From positions 1-54,565 of the forward strand of contig JBDRRP010000017.1 in assembly GCA_043825735.1 (NCBI GenBank): a stretch of DNA of 54,565 bases, in the 5' to 3' direction. Shown here one piece after another: positions 19,126 to 29,238 of this stretch (position 1 is its first letter; the number at the start of each line of letters is the position of its first letter). This stretch comes from Pseudomonadota bacterium. GTDB taxonomy: Bacteria > Desulfobacterota > Desulfobacteria > Desulfobacterales > JBDRRP01. The notes under the pieces are model-generated. The model was not told where the DNA came from, ran no database searches, and worked only from the letters and a program-made list of their open reading frames with translations. A program made the position numbers and the translations under genes.

Positions 19126-19908
19126 TCATTTCTCGCAGCAGACGGCTGTAAAATAGCCGGTCAAAAACCGGGTGGGAAACCGGGTCAGGGTCTCAAAACG
19201 GATCAGTTTTTCCAAAAACACTTCTTTTGTTCTTGCCGATGCCAGGCGATCGACAATCCGGGCGGTCAGAATCGCGATGATTCGCGGGCAATGCACCACC
19301 GGGTGCATATCGCTGATGTGAAAGCCGATATCGTGCAACGCTTTTCTCAATTTGTCCGGGGATAGCGTTTTGCCTGAGAAATAGGGCGTCACATGCAGTT
19401 TGAGCAGTATTTTGTGAGGAATGATGCTTCTCAGAGCCAATACCGGATTTACCGGATTGTCCATGGTAAGAATGAGCCGGCCTCCAGGCTTCAGAACCCG
19501 GTAGCACTCCTTCAGACTGAGCACAATTTCATCAACTGAAGTAAAATGATCCAGTGTGGAATTGGAGAAAATGGTATCGATAACGTCGGCTGAAAACGGG
19601 ACATTTCTGATATCGGCGGCCACCAGCAGCCGGTAGCCACTCGCGCTCCGGGCCGCTTTCGCCATTTCCGGCGAGATATCCATCCCCACCGTTGTCCAGC
19701 CGCAATGACTAGAAGGCACCCTGAGTCCGCCTCCCAGGGATTCGCCGAACATATCCGTTTTCAACAAATACCCGGTAGTGCCCGCCGAAAGCCAGGATGC
19801 CAGCAATCGGGAGTCGATCGTATCGCTGTAGCGCCGCCACAGCCTGTCCGGTGATTTTCTCTGCATAAGATCCAAAACATGATCCCAGTAAGCCGGTTCT
19901 GTATTCAT
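19126..19908 (-). CDS. Class I SAM-dependent methyltransferase
   Basis: GMDIS, ADIRNVPF, NSTLDHF, RVLKPGG. ATG overlaps the flippase stop (ATGA). Confidence 0.88.
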   Translation of the reverse strand: MNTEPAYWDHVLDLMQRKSPDRLWRRYSDTIDSRLLASWLSAGTTGYLLKTDMFGESLGGGLRVPSSHCGWTTVGMDISPEMAKAARSASGYRLLVAADIRNVPFSADVIDTIFSNSTLDHFTSVDEIVLSLKECYRVLKPGGRLILTMDNPVNPVLALRSIIPHKILLKLHVTPYFSGKTLSPDKLRKALHDIGFHISDMHPVVHCPRIIAILTARIVDRLASARTKEVFLEKLIRFETLTRFPTRFLTGYFTAVCCEK

Positions 19909-21395
19909 TTTCTCTTGCCGGCCCACACCGGGAGTGTATCGCCTGGAGGGTTAAAGAAAGACAGTTCACCGAGAATCCACAATGCGAACACGATGCCGAT
20001 GCTCATCAGCAGCAGTTTGACCAGCAACAGGACACCAGCGGTTTCCCACAGCGCTGCAACAGAAAAGGCAGCCGCTGTCAGCACCAGATTGTAGACCCAC
20101 AAGCTCTTCTGAAACAGAAGCCGCCAGGTCTTCGAAACCGCGACGCCGGTCCCAATGGCAGTAAAGCCGGATATGACAGCGGTAACCCCTGCTGCGCCCA
20201 GTGCGCCATACTCACGGATAAAAAAGAAATGGGCGACGGCGGCCAGAGGGATCAATGGTCCCAGAAAGCACAGCGGAAACAAGGTTTTGCCCGCGGCGAT
20301 CAGGCCAGAAGCATTCACTTGGGTCAGGGTCAGTCCCAGGGCGCCGAAAATTAAAACAGACAGCAGGGGTGCGGCCGGTAAAAAGCGGTCGCCATAAACC
20401 AGACGAACGATCTCTCCGGCGGCGCCCGCCGACATGCCCGCAAACGGCAGCAGGCACACCACGAAGCGAATGGCGTATCCAAGCAGGCGACCGGCCACAT
20501 CCGTTCCGCCGCCTGCCAGCAAGTGGGAAAGCTTCGAGAGTAAGACCGGTGTCAGGGCAATGGCCACAAGACTCGGAACAATGGCGAGATTTTCGGCGGC
20601 GGCGAAAAAACCCGCGCTATCTGCAGCCGTCCACGCTTTTACAAAAACGAGGTCCATCGCCTGGGACAGGTGTATGCACAAGGTAAAAAAATAGAGCGAC
20701 CCGGCAACCGCCCATACCCTTTTAAGGCAGATTTCCGGATGCGGGGATCTTATCGCCGGTTTCACAAAAATCCGCGCCACGGCGAGAACGACGGCCGCCG
20801 AAGTCATATTGGCGATGATCACCGCCGTAACCGACGGGCTGACCGGGACCATCACCAATACCAGCACCAGTCTCACGACCCAGTACCCGCCGTTCAACCA
20901 CGCCCGGATGCTGAAATATCCCCGCCCGACGAGTGCGGCTTGATGGATCTTTGCCAGGCCGGCAATGGGGATTCCGACCGCATAGATCCGCAGATAGAAA
21001 GCGATGTCTCCCGATTTCATCCAGAGGGCGATCAGCGGCGCCGCGGCGATCACCAGCAGGGCGGCCGCGATGCTTGCCATCAATTGCACCCGGAGAACAC
21101 CACCGAGCGCAGCTTCCCATCTCACCGTTTCCGCCGTGAGCTTGACCGCCGCCCGCTCAAACCCAAGGGTGATGGCGATTTCAACAAAGAGGACGAGACT
21201 GCAGACCACGGACAATACACCATATTGCTCCGGGCCCAGCTGTCTGGACAGGAAGGCGGCGGTCAATATCCCCGTGGGCAGGCTCACGGCCGAGCCGATA
21301 AACCCTTGTAAAGAACCCACGGCTAGTTGGTAGCCGTGCAAACGGGCGCTTGCCGCCGGAGGATCGACAGGGTTAGATGTCATCGGGGGTATCAC
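19905..21395 (-). CDS. Wzx-like polysaccharide flippase
   Basis: SRQLGPEQYGVLS, many TM helices, AGFFAAA, YGALGAA. Confidence 0.88.
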   Translation of the reverse strand: MIPPMTSNPVDPPAASARLHGYQLAVGSLQGFIGSAVSLPTGILTAAFLSRQLGPEQYGVLSVVCSLVLFVEIAITLGFERAAVKLTAETVRWEAALGGVLRVQLMASIAAALLVIAAAPLIALWMKSGDIAFYLRIYAVGIPIAGLAKIHQAALVGRGYFSIRAWLNGGYWVVRLVLVLVMVPVSPSVTAVIIANMTSAAVVLAVARIFVKPAIRSPHPEICLKRVWAVAGSLYFFTLCIHLSQAMDLVFVKAWTAADSAGFFAAAENLAIVPSLVAIALTPVLLSKLSHLLAGGGTDVAGRLLGYAIRFVVCLLPFAGMSAGAAGEIVRLVYGDRFLPAAPLLSVLIFGALGLTLTQVNASGLIAAGKTLFPLCFLGPLIPLAAVAHFFFIREYGALGAAGVTAVISGFTAIGTGVAVSKTWRLLFQKSLWVYNLVLTAAAFSVAALWETAGVLLLVKLLLMSIGIVFALWILGELSFFNPPGDTLPVWAGKRK

Positions 21396-21459
21396 CGAAA
21401 ATGATGTTTCCAGTTGCCGCAGGCGTCGCAGGCATCCGCTTCATCCGATCATAATAACT

Positions 21460-21590
21460 GACAAACTCGTGAAAAGGCTATTTTCCCCTTTTTCTGTCCC
21501 CCAGGCGAAGGCCGGTCACCGGCAAAATCAAAACATTCGGATGCCGACCTTCGCCGGCATGATGGGAAATAGGCTTTCGGCAGCGCCATC
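21460..21590. repeat. Composite MITE/REP-like palindrome
   Basis: Begins GACAAACTCGTGAAAAGG. Nested inverted pairs CTATTTTCCC/GGGAAATAG and GGCGAAGGCCGG/CCGACCTTCGCC. Confidence 0.75.
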
Positions 21591-21726
21591 AAAACGGTGG
21601 ATGGCCGCGAATTTCACTGTTGCCCGGAAAGATCCGAATCGGTTAAAGTCACCGGTGTCGGTTCAGCTCGGTACCCACAGGGGTATAAACCATTTTCCAT
21701 GACCAGGAAACGGTTCCGGTATCAAA

Positions 21727-22416
21727 ATGAATGGCCGCCTTCCCCGAAACCGCGCAAAGAAAATCCGCCGGTATCTGCGATTTGTATCTCTGAAATATAA
21801 ATACTATTCCTGGCCCCGGATCATTTTGGGCGCGCTCTATGCGATTGGCATCCATATACAACCCTTCTATGTCGTGCGGGAAGGGATAACCGCACTCCTC
21901 GCCCCGCCCCCACCCCCTGAATTTCCAGAAATGAGTATCCGATACCTGGAAGAAGAAGACATGCGGACCATCGCCCTTTTGCCGGATTACGCGATTTCCG
22001 AAACCGCCCTGCGCGCCCGGATATTGGAAGGAAAATGCTGTCTCGGTGTTTTCAGCCGCGGCCATCTGACGGCCTTTTCCTGGTGCGACCTTGATGCGTG
22101 CCATTTCCCGGGATATCCATTCGCGCTGTCACCGACCGAGGCCTATCTTTATGATGCCCATACCGTCAGCGCTTTCAGGGGAAAAGGGCTGGCGCCATTC
22201 GTTCGCCACCAAATGTATCGGGCGCTCGAAGAACGCGGCCGGTTTACTTTTTACAGCATTACGGAAAGATTCAACGAACCGGCGTTGCGGTTTAAAAAAA
22301 AGCTCCACGGCAGGGTCATCGACCGAGGACTGCATATCGGGGTGTTTAAAATGTGGCATTTCAACACATCGGCGGCGTCAGCAAAATGCCTTGGAAGGCT
22401 CCGCGTAAAGCGATAA
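21727..22416 (+). CDS. GNAT-family acetyltransferase
   Basis: AYLYDAHTVSAFRGKGLA (acetyl-CoA motif A) and NEPALRFKKKL. Confidence 0.8.
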   Translation: MNGRLPRNRAKKIRRYLRFVSLKYKYYSWPRIILGALYAIGIHIQPFYVVREGITALLAPPPPPEFPEMSIRYLEEEDMRTIALLPDYAISETALRARILEGKCCLGVFSRGHLTAFSWCDLDACHFPGYPFALSPTEAYLYDAHTVSAFRGKGLAPFVRHQMYRALEERGRFTFYSITERFNEPALRFKKKLHGRVIDRGLHIGVFKMWHFNTSAASAKCLGRLRVKR

Positions 22417-22437
22417 CGGCCATCGCCACGCCATATA

Positions 22438-23304
22438 TCAAAATTGCGCCCTGCCATAACGGCCTTTTCCGCCCTGCAAATTCAGTCTTTTTCTGAATTC
22501 ATCCGGTGTCATCATCTCTCTCTCGCTTGCTGTTATCAGGCGATGCACTCTGCGGAGCAGATCCGCATTTGTGGCCAGTTTACTTCGCTTTTGGCTGTAC
22601 CATATATTATCTTCTATCCCTGTCCGCACGCCGCCTCCAGCAGCAATCGCCACGCCGTTTACCGGCAGCTGGCAGTCGCCGATACCGGCCATGCTCCAGT
22701 ACGAATCCGGAGGCAGATCGCGAATCATCATTCCGGCATGGAGGATATCCGCCTGGGCGCAGGCAATGTTGCCCAGCAATAGATTGAAATAATGCGGCGG
22801 TTCCAGCAGCCCCTTTTTGGTCAGATATTTGGCGTAATTAATCATGCCGACATCAAAGGCTTCAAGCTCCGGAAGAATACCGCGCTGTTTCATCTCGGCG
22901 GCCAGACGCTGAATCATCTCCGGCGTGCTGATACTGACGTCATTGTTGAAATTGACCGAGCTCAGCGTCAAGCTTCCCATGTCGGGCTTCAGGTCCCCAT
23001 CCAGCCCCAACACTTCGGAACGCTCATCAAAGCGGTGTTGGGCTCTGCCGCTTAACGACACGCAGATGACAAGATCGTCTGCAAACTTCCGGATACCCGA
23101 AATAATCCGGGCATATGCCTTCGCCCCGCCGGTCGACCGAGATGGGGAGGCGCCTTCCCGGACATGCAGGTGAACCATCGTGATGCCGATTTCAACCGCC
23201 ATGTGCACATCCTCGATGATCTCGCTGACGCTGAGGGGCACATGGGGCGTCATGGCCTTCGTCGGTATCATTCCTGTGGGGGCAAAATTGACGATCGTTC
23301 TCAT
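22438..23304 (-). CDS. Beta-keto acid cleavage enzyme (BKACE/Kce, DUF849 family)
   Basis: APTG...PHVP, VHLHVR, PDMGSL, PELEAFD, VRTGIEDN. Confidence 0.92.
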   Translation of the reverse strand: MRTIVNFAPTGMIPTKAMTPHVPLSVSEIIEDVHMAVEIGITMVHLHVREGASPSRSTGGAKAYARIISGIRKFADDLVICVSLSGRAQHRFDERSEVLGLDGDLKPDMGSLTLSSVNFNNDVSISTPEMIQRLAAEMKQRGILPELEAFDVGMINYAKYLTKKGLLEPPHYFNLLLGNIACAQADILHAGMMIRDLPPDSYWSMAGIGDCQLPVNGVAIAAGGGVRTGIEDNIWYSQKRSKLATNADLLRRVHRLITASEREMMTPDEFRKRLNLQGGKGRYGRAQF

Positions 23305-23405
23305 CTGACGGTTTCCTCGGATGATTGAAAACGCCTTGCGGCAATCCTTGTCGTCGCGCTCATGTCGATTGGCTGCGGGGCAAGCAAACGTTTTGCGGGT
23401 TCCGT

Positions 23406-23729
23406 TCAGTCTCTAATCCGGCAACCGGCCATCTTATTGTAAATCCAACCGACACAACCGCCGCAGAGTGCCCCCGAAACGAACCCGTATAAAAAACCCA
23501 CGATACTGCCCATAAACGTCACCCGGTATCCCCAGAAAAACTGGGATAGCAGCCGCAGATGCGGGCCCACCGGGTTTCCGCCTTTGAGGACCAGCCAGTT
23601 GGTGGCAACAAATATGATTGCCCCGCAGATCAAACCCGCCGATAGCGCTAAAACCGTGGTGTTCAACCATAGGGTGCGATCCATCAGCGCGTCATACTGA
23701 TCGCCATCGCCTTCAGGTTCTTTTCCCAT
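23406..23729 (-). CDS. Small membrane protein paralogous to the C-terminal domain of the upstream oxidoreductase
   Basis: ATNWLVLKGGNPVGPHLRLLSQFFWGYRVTFMGS matches ATLWLVIKGGPLVGPKMRLLAQFFFGYTVTVKGA. Confidence 0.8.
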   Translation of the reverse strand: MGKEPEGDGDQYDALMDRTLWLNTTVLALSAGLICGAIIFVATNWLVLKGGNPVGPHLRLLSQFFWGYRVTFMGSIVGFLYGFVSGALCGGCVGWIYNKMAGCRIRD

Positions 23730-23747
23730 GCCTGCCTCATCCGTCAG

Positions 23748-25514
23748 TTATATGCGATCCAGTAGATCTTTTAATGAGTTAAATTCGGCTGTCTTGCGAA
23801 TTTTGTAAAGATATAAAGCAAAGAATAGATTTCTCAAAAACGCAAACAGCCAACCGGTGAAAAACCCGGTTATGAAACCATACATGGAACCGATTGCCGC
23901 GCCCTTAACCGTCACGGTATACCCGAAAAAAAACTGCGCCAGCAGGCGCATCTTCGGACCGACCAGAGGGCCTCCCTTTATAACCAGCCACAGGGTTGCC
24001 AGACAGATGACCATACCGGTCACTGCGCCGACGGCCGTCCCGAATGCAAATTTGTCCATTCGGGTAAATACCCGGGAAAATAGATTTTCCGCTGCCGATT
24101 CATCATCCCGGCGGCCGCCCGTCTCTTCCAGGTATTCATCCTCACCGGTGACTTCCCATAAGTCATAGTGCGCGCCCAGACTATTTCGGGCCGCAATGAT
24201 TCCGGTCGACATGGCCTGGTCCATGTTGTTGTAGCGGTGTGTTCCGTTGCGGCCGATGGTCTGCAAATTATCAAAGCATTGAAGGTATCGACGGATGACG
24301 TCCAGACTGGGCCGGTATCCATTGTCATACACCGGATAGGCTTTCGGTTGCCGGATTACCAGCGCATCGATCACATCCTGTCGACGGGCGAGCCCAAGTG
24401 TTTCGAGCTCACGAGACGCCATTTCCACGGTAGCGGCGTCCGTCATGGTCCAGGTGCCGTCACCCTCATTACAGAAATACTCCATGCCGATATTGGTGCG
24501 GTGTCCGTTCTGGGCCATGTCCGGGCTCCAGTTCTTAAAATTCTGAATCCGCCCGACCCTGACAGTCGAGGCGTGAATATAGATCCACTGATCCGGGAAC
24601 AGATTGTCCCTGTCCAGAATCAGCCCCACCATAATCAATGCCCGGTAGGAAAGCCGGGCGGCCGCCGCACGTACATGTTCCGGCGGTGCGGGATCGAGGG
24701 CATTCACCAACTGGGTGATCGGCATGCTGGAAATGACCTGGTGAACCGGGATATCCGAAACCACAGCGTCTCGACTGATCCGCACGCTGGTGATGCGCCC
24801 ATCGGCGTGTGTCAGCCCGATAACTTGCGCACCCGTCTGGATGTCTCCCCCCCGCTCGGAAACAGCCGTTTCAATGCGCTCCCACATCATGCCCGGTCCC
24901 CGGGTGGGGTAATGAAACCGGTCTGTCAGCGTTTTGGCCGACCGTGTGCCAAAAAGGGCGTTTGTGACAATGGATGTCATCGAAAGCCCCTTGATCCGCT
25001 GCCCCGCCCATTCCGCCCGCATTTCGCTACAGGGAATCCCCCACACTTTTTCGGTGTAGGTTTTGAAGAAAACCCGGTACAGGTGCATTCCAAAACGGTT
25101 GCACATCCATTGTTCGAAAGTTTCTTCTCGGGGATTCGGGAAAAGCTGTGAGCGGAGATAACTGGATAGAATCCGGGCGCTTTCCACACCCCCTAAGTTT
25201 CTCAAGGTGTTGGTCACCTTCAGGGGGTAGTCAAAAAAGCGGCCATTGTAAAATATTCGTGACGATCTTTTTACCGGTATAAAGTCAGGGCCGAGCATCC
25301 GGTGCCACAGACGATCAATGGCGCTGTTCTTCGTGAAGAACCGGTGACCGCCGATATCGAAAAGGCAGCCCTTGAAGGGCACTGTTCTGGCAAGCCCGCC
25401 GATTTCTGCGCCTGATTCGAAAAGGATCGGTCTGACACCCCGCTCGGCCAGTTCAAGCGCTGCGGCAAGTCCGGCCGGACCGGCGCCGATCACGGCAAAG
25501 AGTTCCTTGTTCAT
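23748..25514 (-). CDS. FAD-dependent oxidoreductase (UDP-galactopyranose mutase-like / HemY-like) with C-terminal membrane domain
   Basis: GAGPAGL, DIGGHRFFTK, FFKTYTEKVWG, AYPVY, GRNGTHRYNNMD. Confidence 0.88.
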   Translation of the reverse strand: MNKELFAVIGAGPAGLAAALELAERGVRPILFESGAEIGGLARTVPFKGCLFDIGGHRFFTKNSAIDRLWHRMLGPDFIPVKRSSRIFYNGRFFDYPLKVTNTLRNLGGVESARILSSYLRSQLFPNPREETFEQWMCNRFGMHLYRVFFKTYTEKVWGIPCSEMRAEWAGQRIKGLSMTSIVTNALFGTRSAKTLTDRFHYPTRGPGMMWERIETAVSERGGDIQTGAQVIGLTHADGRITSVRISRDAVVSDIPVHQVISSMPITQLVNALDPAPPEHVRAAAARLSYRALIMVGLILDRDNLFPDQWIYIHASTVRVGRIQNFKNWSPDMAQNGHRTNIGMEYFCNEGDGTWTMTDAATVEMASRELETLGLARRQDVIDALVIRQPKAYPVYDNGYRPSLDVIRRYLQCFDNLQTIGRNGTHRYNNMDQAMSTGIIAARNSLGAHYDLWEVTGEDEYLEETGGRRDDESAAENLFSRVFTRMDKFAFGTAVGAVTGMVICLATLWLVIKGGPLVGPKMRLLAQFFFGYTVTVKGAAIGSMYGFITGFFTGWLFAFLRNLFFALYLYKIRKTAEFNSLKDLLDRI

Positions 25515-25599
25515 CGGCACCTGTTTCGGGCTCGAATGAGATCATGTCCGGCAGAAAGGGCCTGCCAACAGCGGTAAGCGGTGTTTCACGAGACCGTCG

Positions 25600-26247
25600 C
25601 TACTTCATGACGATGATGGCCACCCTTCGGTTTTTCATGCGGTTTTCCCGGGTGTCGTTGGGCACGAGTGGACGGGTTTCACCGTAGGAGTAGGTCCGCA
25701 TCCGGTGTAGCGGAATGTGATGGGTCATATAGAGATACCGAAAAACGGCCGCGGCGCGTCTCTTTCCCAGCCGGCGGTTGAAAGCCTCGTCGCCGCTGCT
25801 GTCGGTAAAGCCCTGCACCTCGATGTAGACCCCCTGGTTGTCTTCGATGAGCCGTGCGGCTACAGCGTCGACCGCGGCCCGGGCCTCATCGGAGAGGACG
25901 GCACTGTTCAAGGCGAAGGGGACGCGCTCCTCTGAGAAGACGGTTTCGCTGAGCAGCGTGCCGACCGCGAGCTTTTCGGCCGCTTCGGCGCGCTTGAGCG
26001 CTTCCTGCGCCGTTGCCGAGAAAGCCGCCAGCCGGGCTTCCTGCTCGGCGCTGGTCTGTTGCAGGGCGCCGATGTCGCGGCGATTGTCGCCAACCCGGCC
26101 GTCGAGTGCCGCCACCCGTTGATCCATGGCGGTGTAGCGCTGATCCATGCCGGCCATTGCCTGCTTCAAATCCTCCTGAGTGGCACACCCGCCGAGCAGG
26201 GCCATACAGAGCGCCGCCGCTGCGGTGATATGGATGATCGTTTTCAT
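25600..26247 (-). CDS. OmpA-family lipoprotein with N-terminal coiled coil
   Basis: Lipobox LGGC, VQGFTDSSG, NRRLGKRRA, SYGETRP, NRRV. Confidence 0.93.
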   Translation of the reverse strand: MKTIIHITAAAALCMALLGGCATQEDLKQAMAGMDQRYTAMDQRVAALDGRVGDNRRDIGALQQTSAEQEARLAAFSATAQEALKRAEAAEKLAVGTLLSETVFSEERVPFALNSAVLSDEARAAVDAVAARLIEDNQGVYIEVQGFTDSSGDEAFNRRLGKRRAAAVFRYLYMTHHIPLHRMRTYSYGETRPLVPNDTRENRMKNRRVAIIVMK

Positions 26248-26313
26248 TTTCGCTTGCCTCCGCGTGACATCTTCATTTCAAGTTTCCGGCACCCTGCCCG
26301 GCATGTCGCATAA

Positions 26314-26979
26314 TATCAGACAGTTATTCTGAAAATCAAGCCGATCGAGTCCCTCTACCTCTCCAAAGCGACGGCCGACGCCCGTAATGCCGCCGGCCAA
26401 GCGGCCTTTGACAAGGCGGTGGGAATGCCCGAAATTCTGGGCGGTGCCTGGATCGGCGGCACGATCGACTCAACCGGCGCCGTCGCTGCGGCGGGTGCCT
26501 TTTTGGGTGATCGGGCGCTTTACGTCGCCGCGACGGTCAAGATGATCCAGAATGTGCTGATCGGTGTCACGGCGTTTTTCGTCGCCTTGTACTGGTGCGC
26601 CCGGGTCGACTGCGTAGAAGGGCAAAAAGTCAGCGTCGTGGAAATCTGGCACCGCTTTCCAAAGTTCGTCATAGGCTTTATCGCCGCCTCCATCATTTTC
26701 TCCTGGATCTCCGGCATGCTGGGCAGCGATGCGGGCAATGCGCTTTTGGATCATGGGGTGTTGCGCGGATTTACACGGGAACTGCGGGAATGGTTCTTTG
26801 CCCTGGCTTTTGCCTCCATCGGTCTGGCCACCAACTTCAAGGAACTGGCCAAATACTTCAAAGGCGGCAAGCCCATCATTTTGTATGTCTGCGGTCAGAG
26901 TTTCAATCTGGTCCTGACATTGGCCATGGCATACGTCATGTTCTATCTTGTTTTTCCTGAAATCACCGCCCGGATCTAA
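26314..26979 (+). pseudogene. YeiH/UPF0324 (putative sulfate exporter family) gene remnant, 5'-truncated
   Basis: Only the C-terminal part is present ([44 protein letters not shown]). The frame is open back to a TAA at 26311 with no credible start. Confidence 0.75.
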
Positions 26980-26987
26980 GAGGTCCT

Positions 26988-27287
26988 ATGCTACCGAAAC
27001 GACAACCATCCCAAGCCCCGGCCGACTGCCGGGGCTTGTCCCCCTGGCTGAGGCTGGGGTTTTCGATGGCAGTGCTGTTTTTCGTGGTGACGGTCCTCGG
27101 CCCGTTGGGGCTGCGACTGCCCGGCTACAGGCAGATGGGTCGCTTCATCGCCGAAAACAATCTCAAAGCCACAGCCATTTACTACACAGACCTTGAAGAG
27201 TTTGCCCGATCGGAGAGTATGCTCCGCGATGGATTCAGTTTTGCGCCGGCAGACCGTTTTAGCGATCGCCAGGATGACCGTCCATGA
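26988..27287 (+). CDS. Small membrane-anchored hypothetical protein
   Basis: RBS GAGG, one TM helix, ATAIYYTD motif. Directly follows the YeiH remnant. Confidence 0.65.
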   Translation: MLPKRQPSQAPADCRGLSPWLRLGFSMAVLFFVVTVLGPLGLRLPGYRQMGRFIAENNLKATAIYYTDLEEFARSESMLRDGFSFAPADRFSDRQDDRP

Positions 27288-27380
27288 TTTGCATTGGCAA
27301 ATAGCGCGGGTGGACCATCTATAGTTCATGACGATGAAGGCCACCGTCGGGCAGGATCTGGCTAATCGCCGCGGCCCCCG

Positions 27381-28841
27381 TCATTTACCGGCTTCGAGCG
27401 CGCTTTTTTCTTTCAGGCGCTGCTGCTGCAAATCGAACTGAAGGCGGTAGGCGATGAAGTATTTGGCGATGTTGGTGACGTAGTTGACCGTCTCCCGGCC
27501 GATGACTTCGGCGGCCACGACCTCCGTGTTGAAAAACCACTGGTTGCCGTCAAAGCCCCTTTTTTTAGCCGCCTCGCGCAGCGAATTGATTTTGGCCGGT
27601 CCGGCATTGTAGGCGGCCCAGGAGAAAAAGACGCGGTCCCGGGGGGCGATGGCCGGATCGCTGAAATAGCGGTCCCGCAAAAAGGCGAGGTATTTGCTGC
27701 CGGCGTGGATATTGTTTTCCAGCGCTTCGACGTGGGGGATATCGATGTTTTTGTCCGCGGCCGTGCTGGGGCGCACCTGCATGATACCCACCGCGCCCGA
27801 GGGGCTGACCAGGGCGTTGTCCAGTTTCGATTCCTGGTAGGCAAGGGCGACGAGCGCCAGAAAGTCAAATCCGTAGCGCTTGCCGTATTTCTGGAAGAGC
27901 GCCGTCAACGGTGCGAGCTTTTCCATTTCCTTTTCGCTGCCGGCGTCCTTTATCCACCGGGTGTTCTCATAATAACGCTTGAAAAAAATATTGCCCAGCA
28001 GCGTCCCGCTGCGGTGCTTTTCGATGAAAGCGTTGAGGCTGGCCAGCAGCGCCGGGCTGTCGGTGCGCACCGCCCAGGCGATCTGCCCACCGGTGTGAAT
28101 CGCCAGGTTGTCCAGCACGCGGATATCCGGCAGCACCCGGGCCCAGGCCGCGGCGATATAATCGTCGGTCACCGTGAGAGGAAACGTGCCGGCGTTGACC
28201 AATTCCAGAAAGTCCTCGGCCGCCAGATACGGCGCCCCGTCCCAGATGCGGATCGGCGCAAGACGCGCCGCCGCAAGCTGTTTGCTGAGCGCTTCCAGAT
28301 GCGGCACATAACTGCTGCCGGTCTTCACATGGATCCGTTTGCCGGCCAAATCGGTGAGCGCGGTCAGCTCGGCGTGCGGCAAATGGGCCACCACGACTTC
28401 GCTGACGCCCGTCAGGTACGGCGTTGTGAAACGAACTAACTCAGCCCGTGCGCCGGTGACGGTGAGACCGGCGGCGGCGATGTCCCCGCGCCCTTCCTTC
28501 AGGGCCTCTAGCAAACGGTCGAAGGGGACCGGGACAAAGATCACCCGGGTCCAGTCACTGGTCCGCTTGACTTCTCGGTTGAGAAACTCTTCGTAGGACT
28601 TGACCATCTCATACTCGAACCCCCTGGTCCGGCCGTTGTCAAAGAAGTAGTTGGTCTTGCTGTAGGTGACCAGCACCCGGATGCGCCGGATCTTCTGCAG
28701 TTGCGGCAGGTCTCCGGTGTAAGGCTGGTCGATGCGCTCGATGAGCGATTCGTCGGCATGAAGGCAAGGCGCCGGCCACATGGCCCCGGCCAGACAAAAA
28801 AGCACCACCGCCCCGACAAAAAAACGGATACCCTGTTTCAA
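27381..28841 (-). CDS. mltF: MltF-like lytic transglycosylase (SBP family 3 + SLT domain)
   Basis: GRGDIAAAGLTVT, AYQESKL, GAVGIMQV, AAYNAGP, ETVNYV. RBS AGGAGG before TTG. Confidence 0.88.
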   Translation of the reverse strand: MKQGIRFFVGAVVLFCLAGAMWPAPCLHADESLIERIDQPYTGDLPQLQKIRRIRVLVTYSKTNYFFDNGRTRGFEYEMVKSYEEFLNREVKRTSDWTRVIFVPVPFDRLLEALKEGRGDIAAAGLTVTGARAELVRFTTPYLTGVSEVVVAHLPHAELTALTDLAGKRIHVKTGSSYVPHLEALSKQLAAARLAPIRIWDGAPYLAAEDFLELVNAGTFPLTVTDDYIAAAWARVLPDIRVLDNLAIHTGGQIAWAVRTDSPALLASLNAFIEKHRSGTLLGNIFFKRYYENTRWIKDAGSEKEMEKLAPLTALFQKYGKRYGFDFLALVALAYQESKLDNALVSPSGAVGIMQVRPSTAADKNIDIPHVEALENNIHAGSKYLAFLRDRYFSDPAIAPRDRVFFSWAAYNAGPAKINSLREAAKKRGFDGNQWFFNTEVVAAEVIGRETVNYVTNIAKYFIAYRLQFDLQQQRLKEKSALEAGK

Positions 28842-28897
28842 TATGCCTCCTTGATGGACGGCGCATGGATTGTCTTCCGGAGCCCAACGCCGCGGGG

Positions 28898-29236
28898 CTA
28901 TCCGTCACCCGCGCGCTTGACGAACCGGAAGGAACCGACGCCCGGCAGACTGATATCGATGGCGCCTTCCGGGGAGACAGTGCCGGCAATGACCCCGCCG
29001 CTTCGGGTGTGGAGCAGAACCTTTCCGCCGCGCGCCTCCCAGCGCAGTTCCACGGCCTCGCCCTCAAGAGACCAGGAGCCCTTTCCCCCATCGGCGAGAA
29101 CGAGCACGACAGGGCCGCTCTCAGGACCGGGGCGGGATGCCGCGTAGGTGCCTTCCAGCGAGGGCACCCCGGTGCAAGACAGCAACCCCATGACACTCAG
29201 CGCCATCAGGCAGACGAGCAGGCAGATGGTTTTCAT
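28898..29236 (-). CDS. Small lipoprotein of unknown function
   Basis: Lipobox LLSC. Directly downstream of the DoxX gene. Confidence 0.7.
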   Translation of the reverse strand: MKTICLLVCLMALSVMGLLSCTGVPSLEGTYAASRPGPESGPVVLVLADGGKGSWSLEGEAVELRWEARGGKVLLHTRSGGVIAGTVSPEGAIDISLPGVGSFRFVKRAGDG

Positions 29237-29238
29237 GG

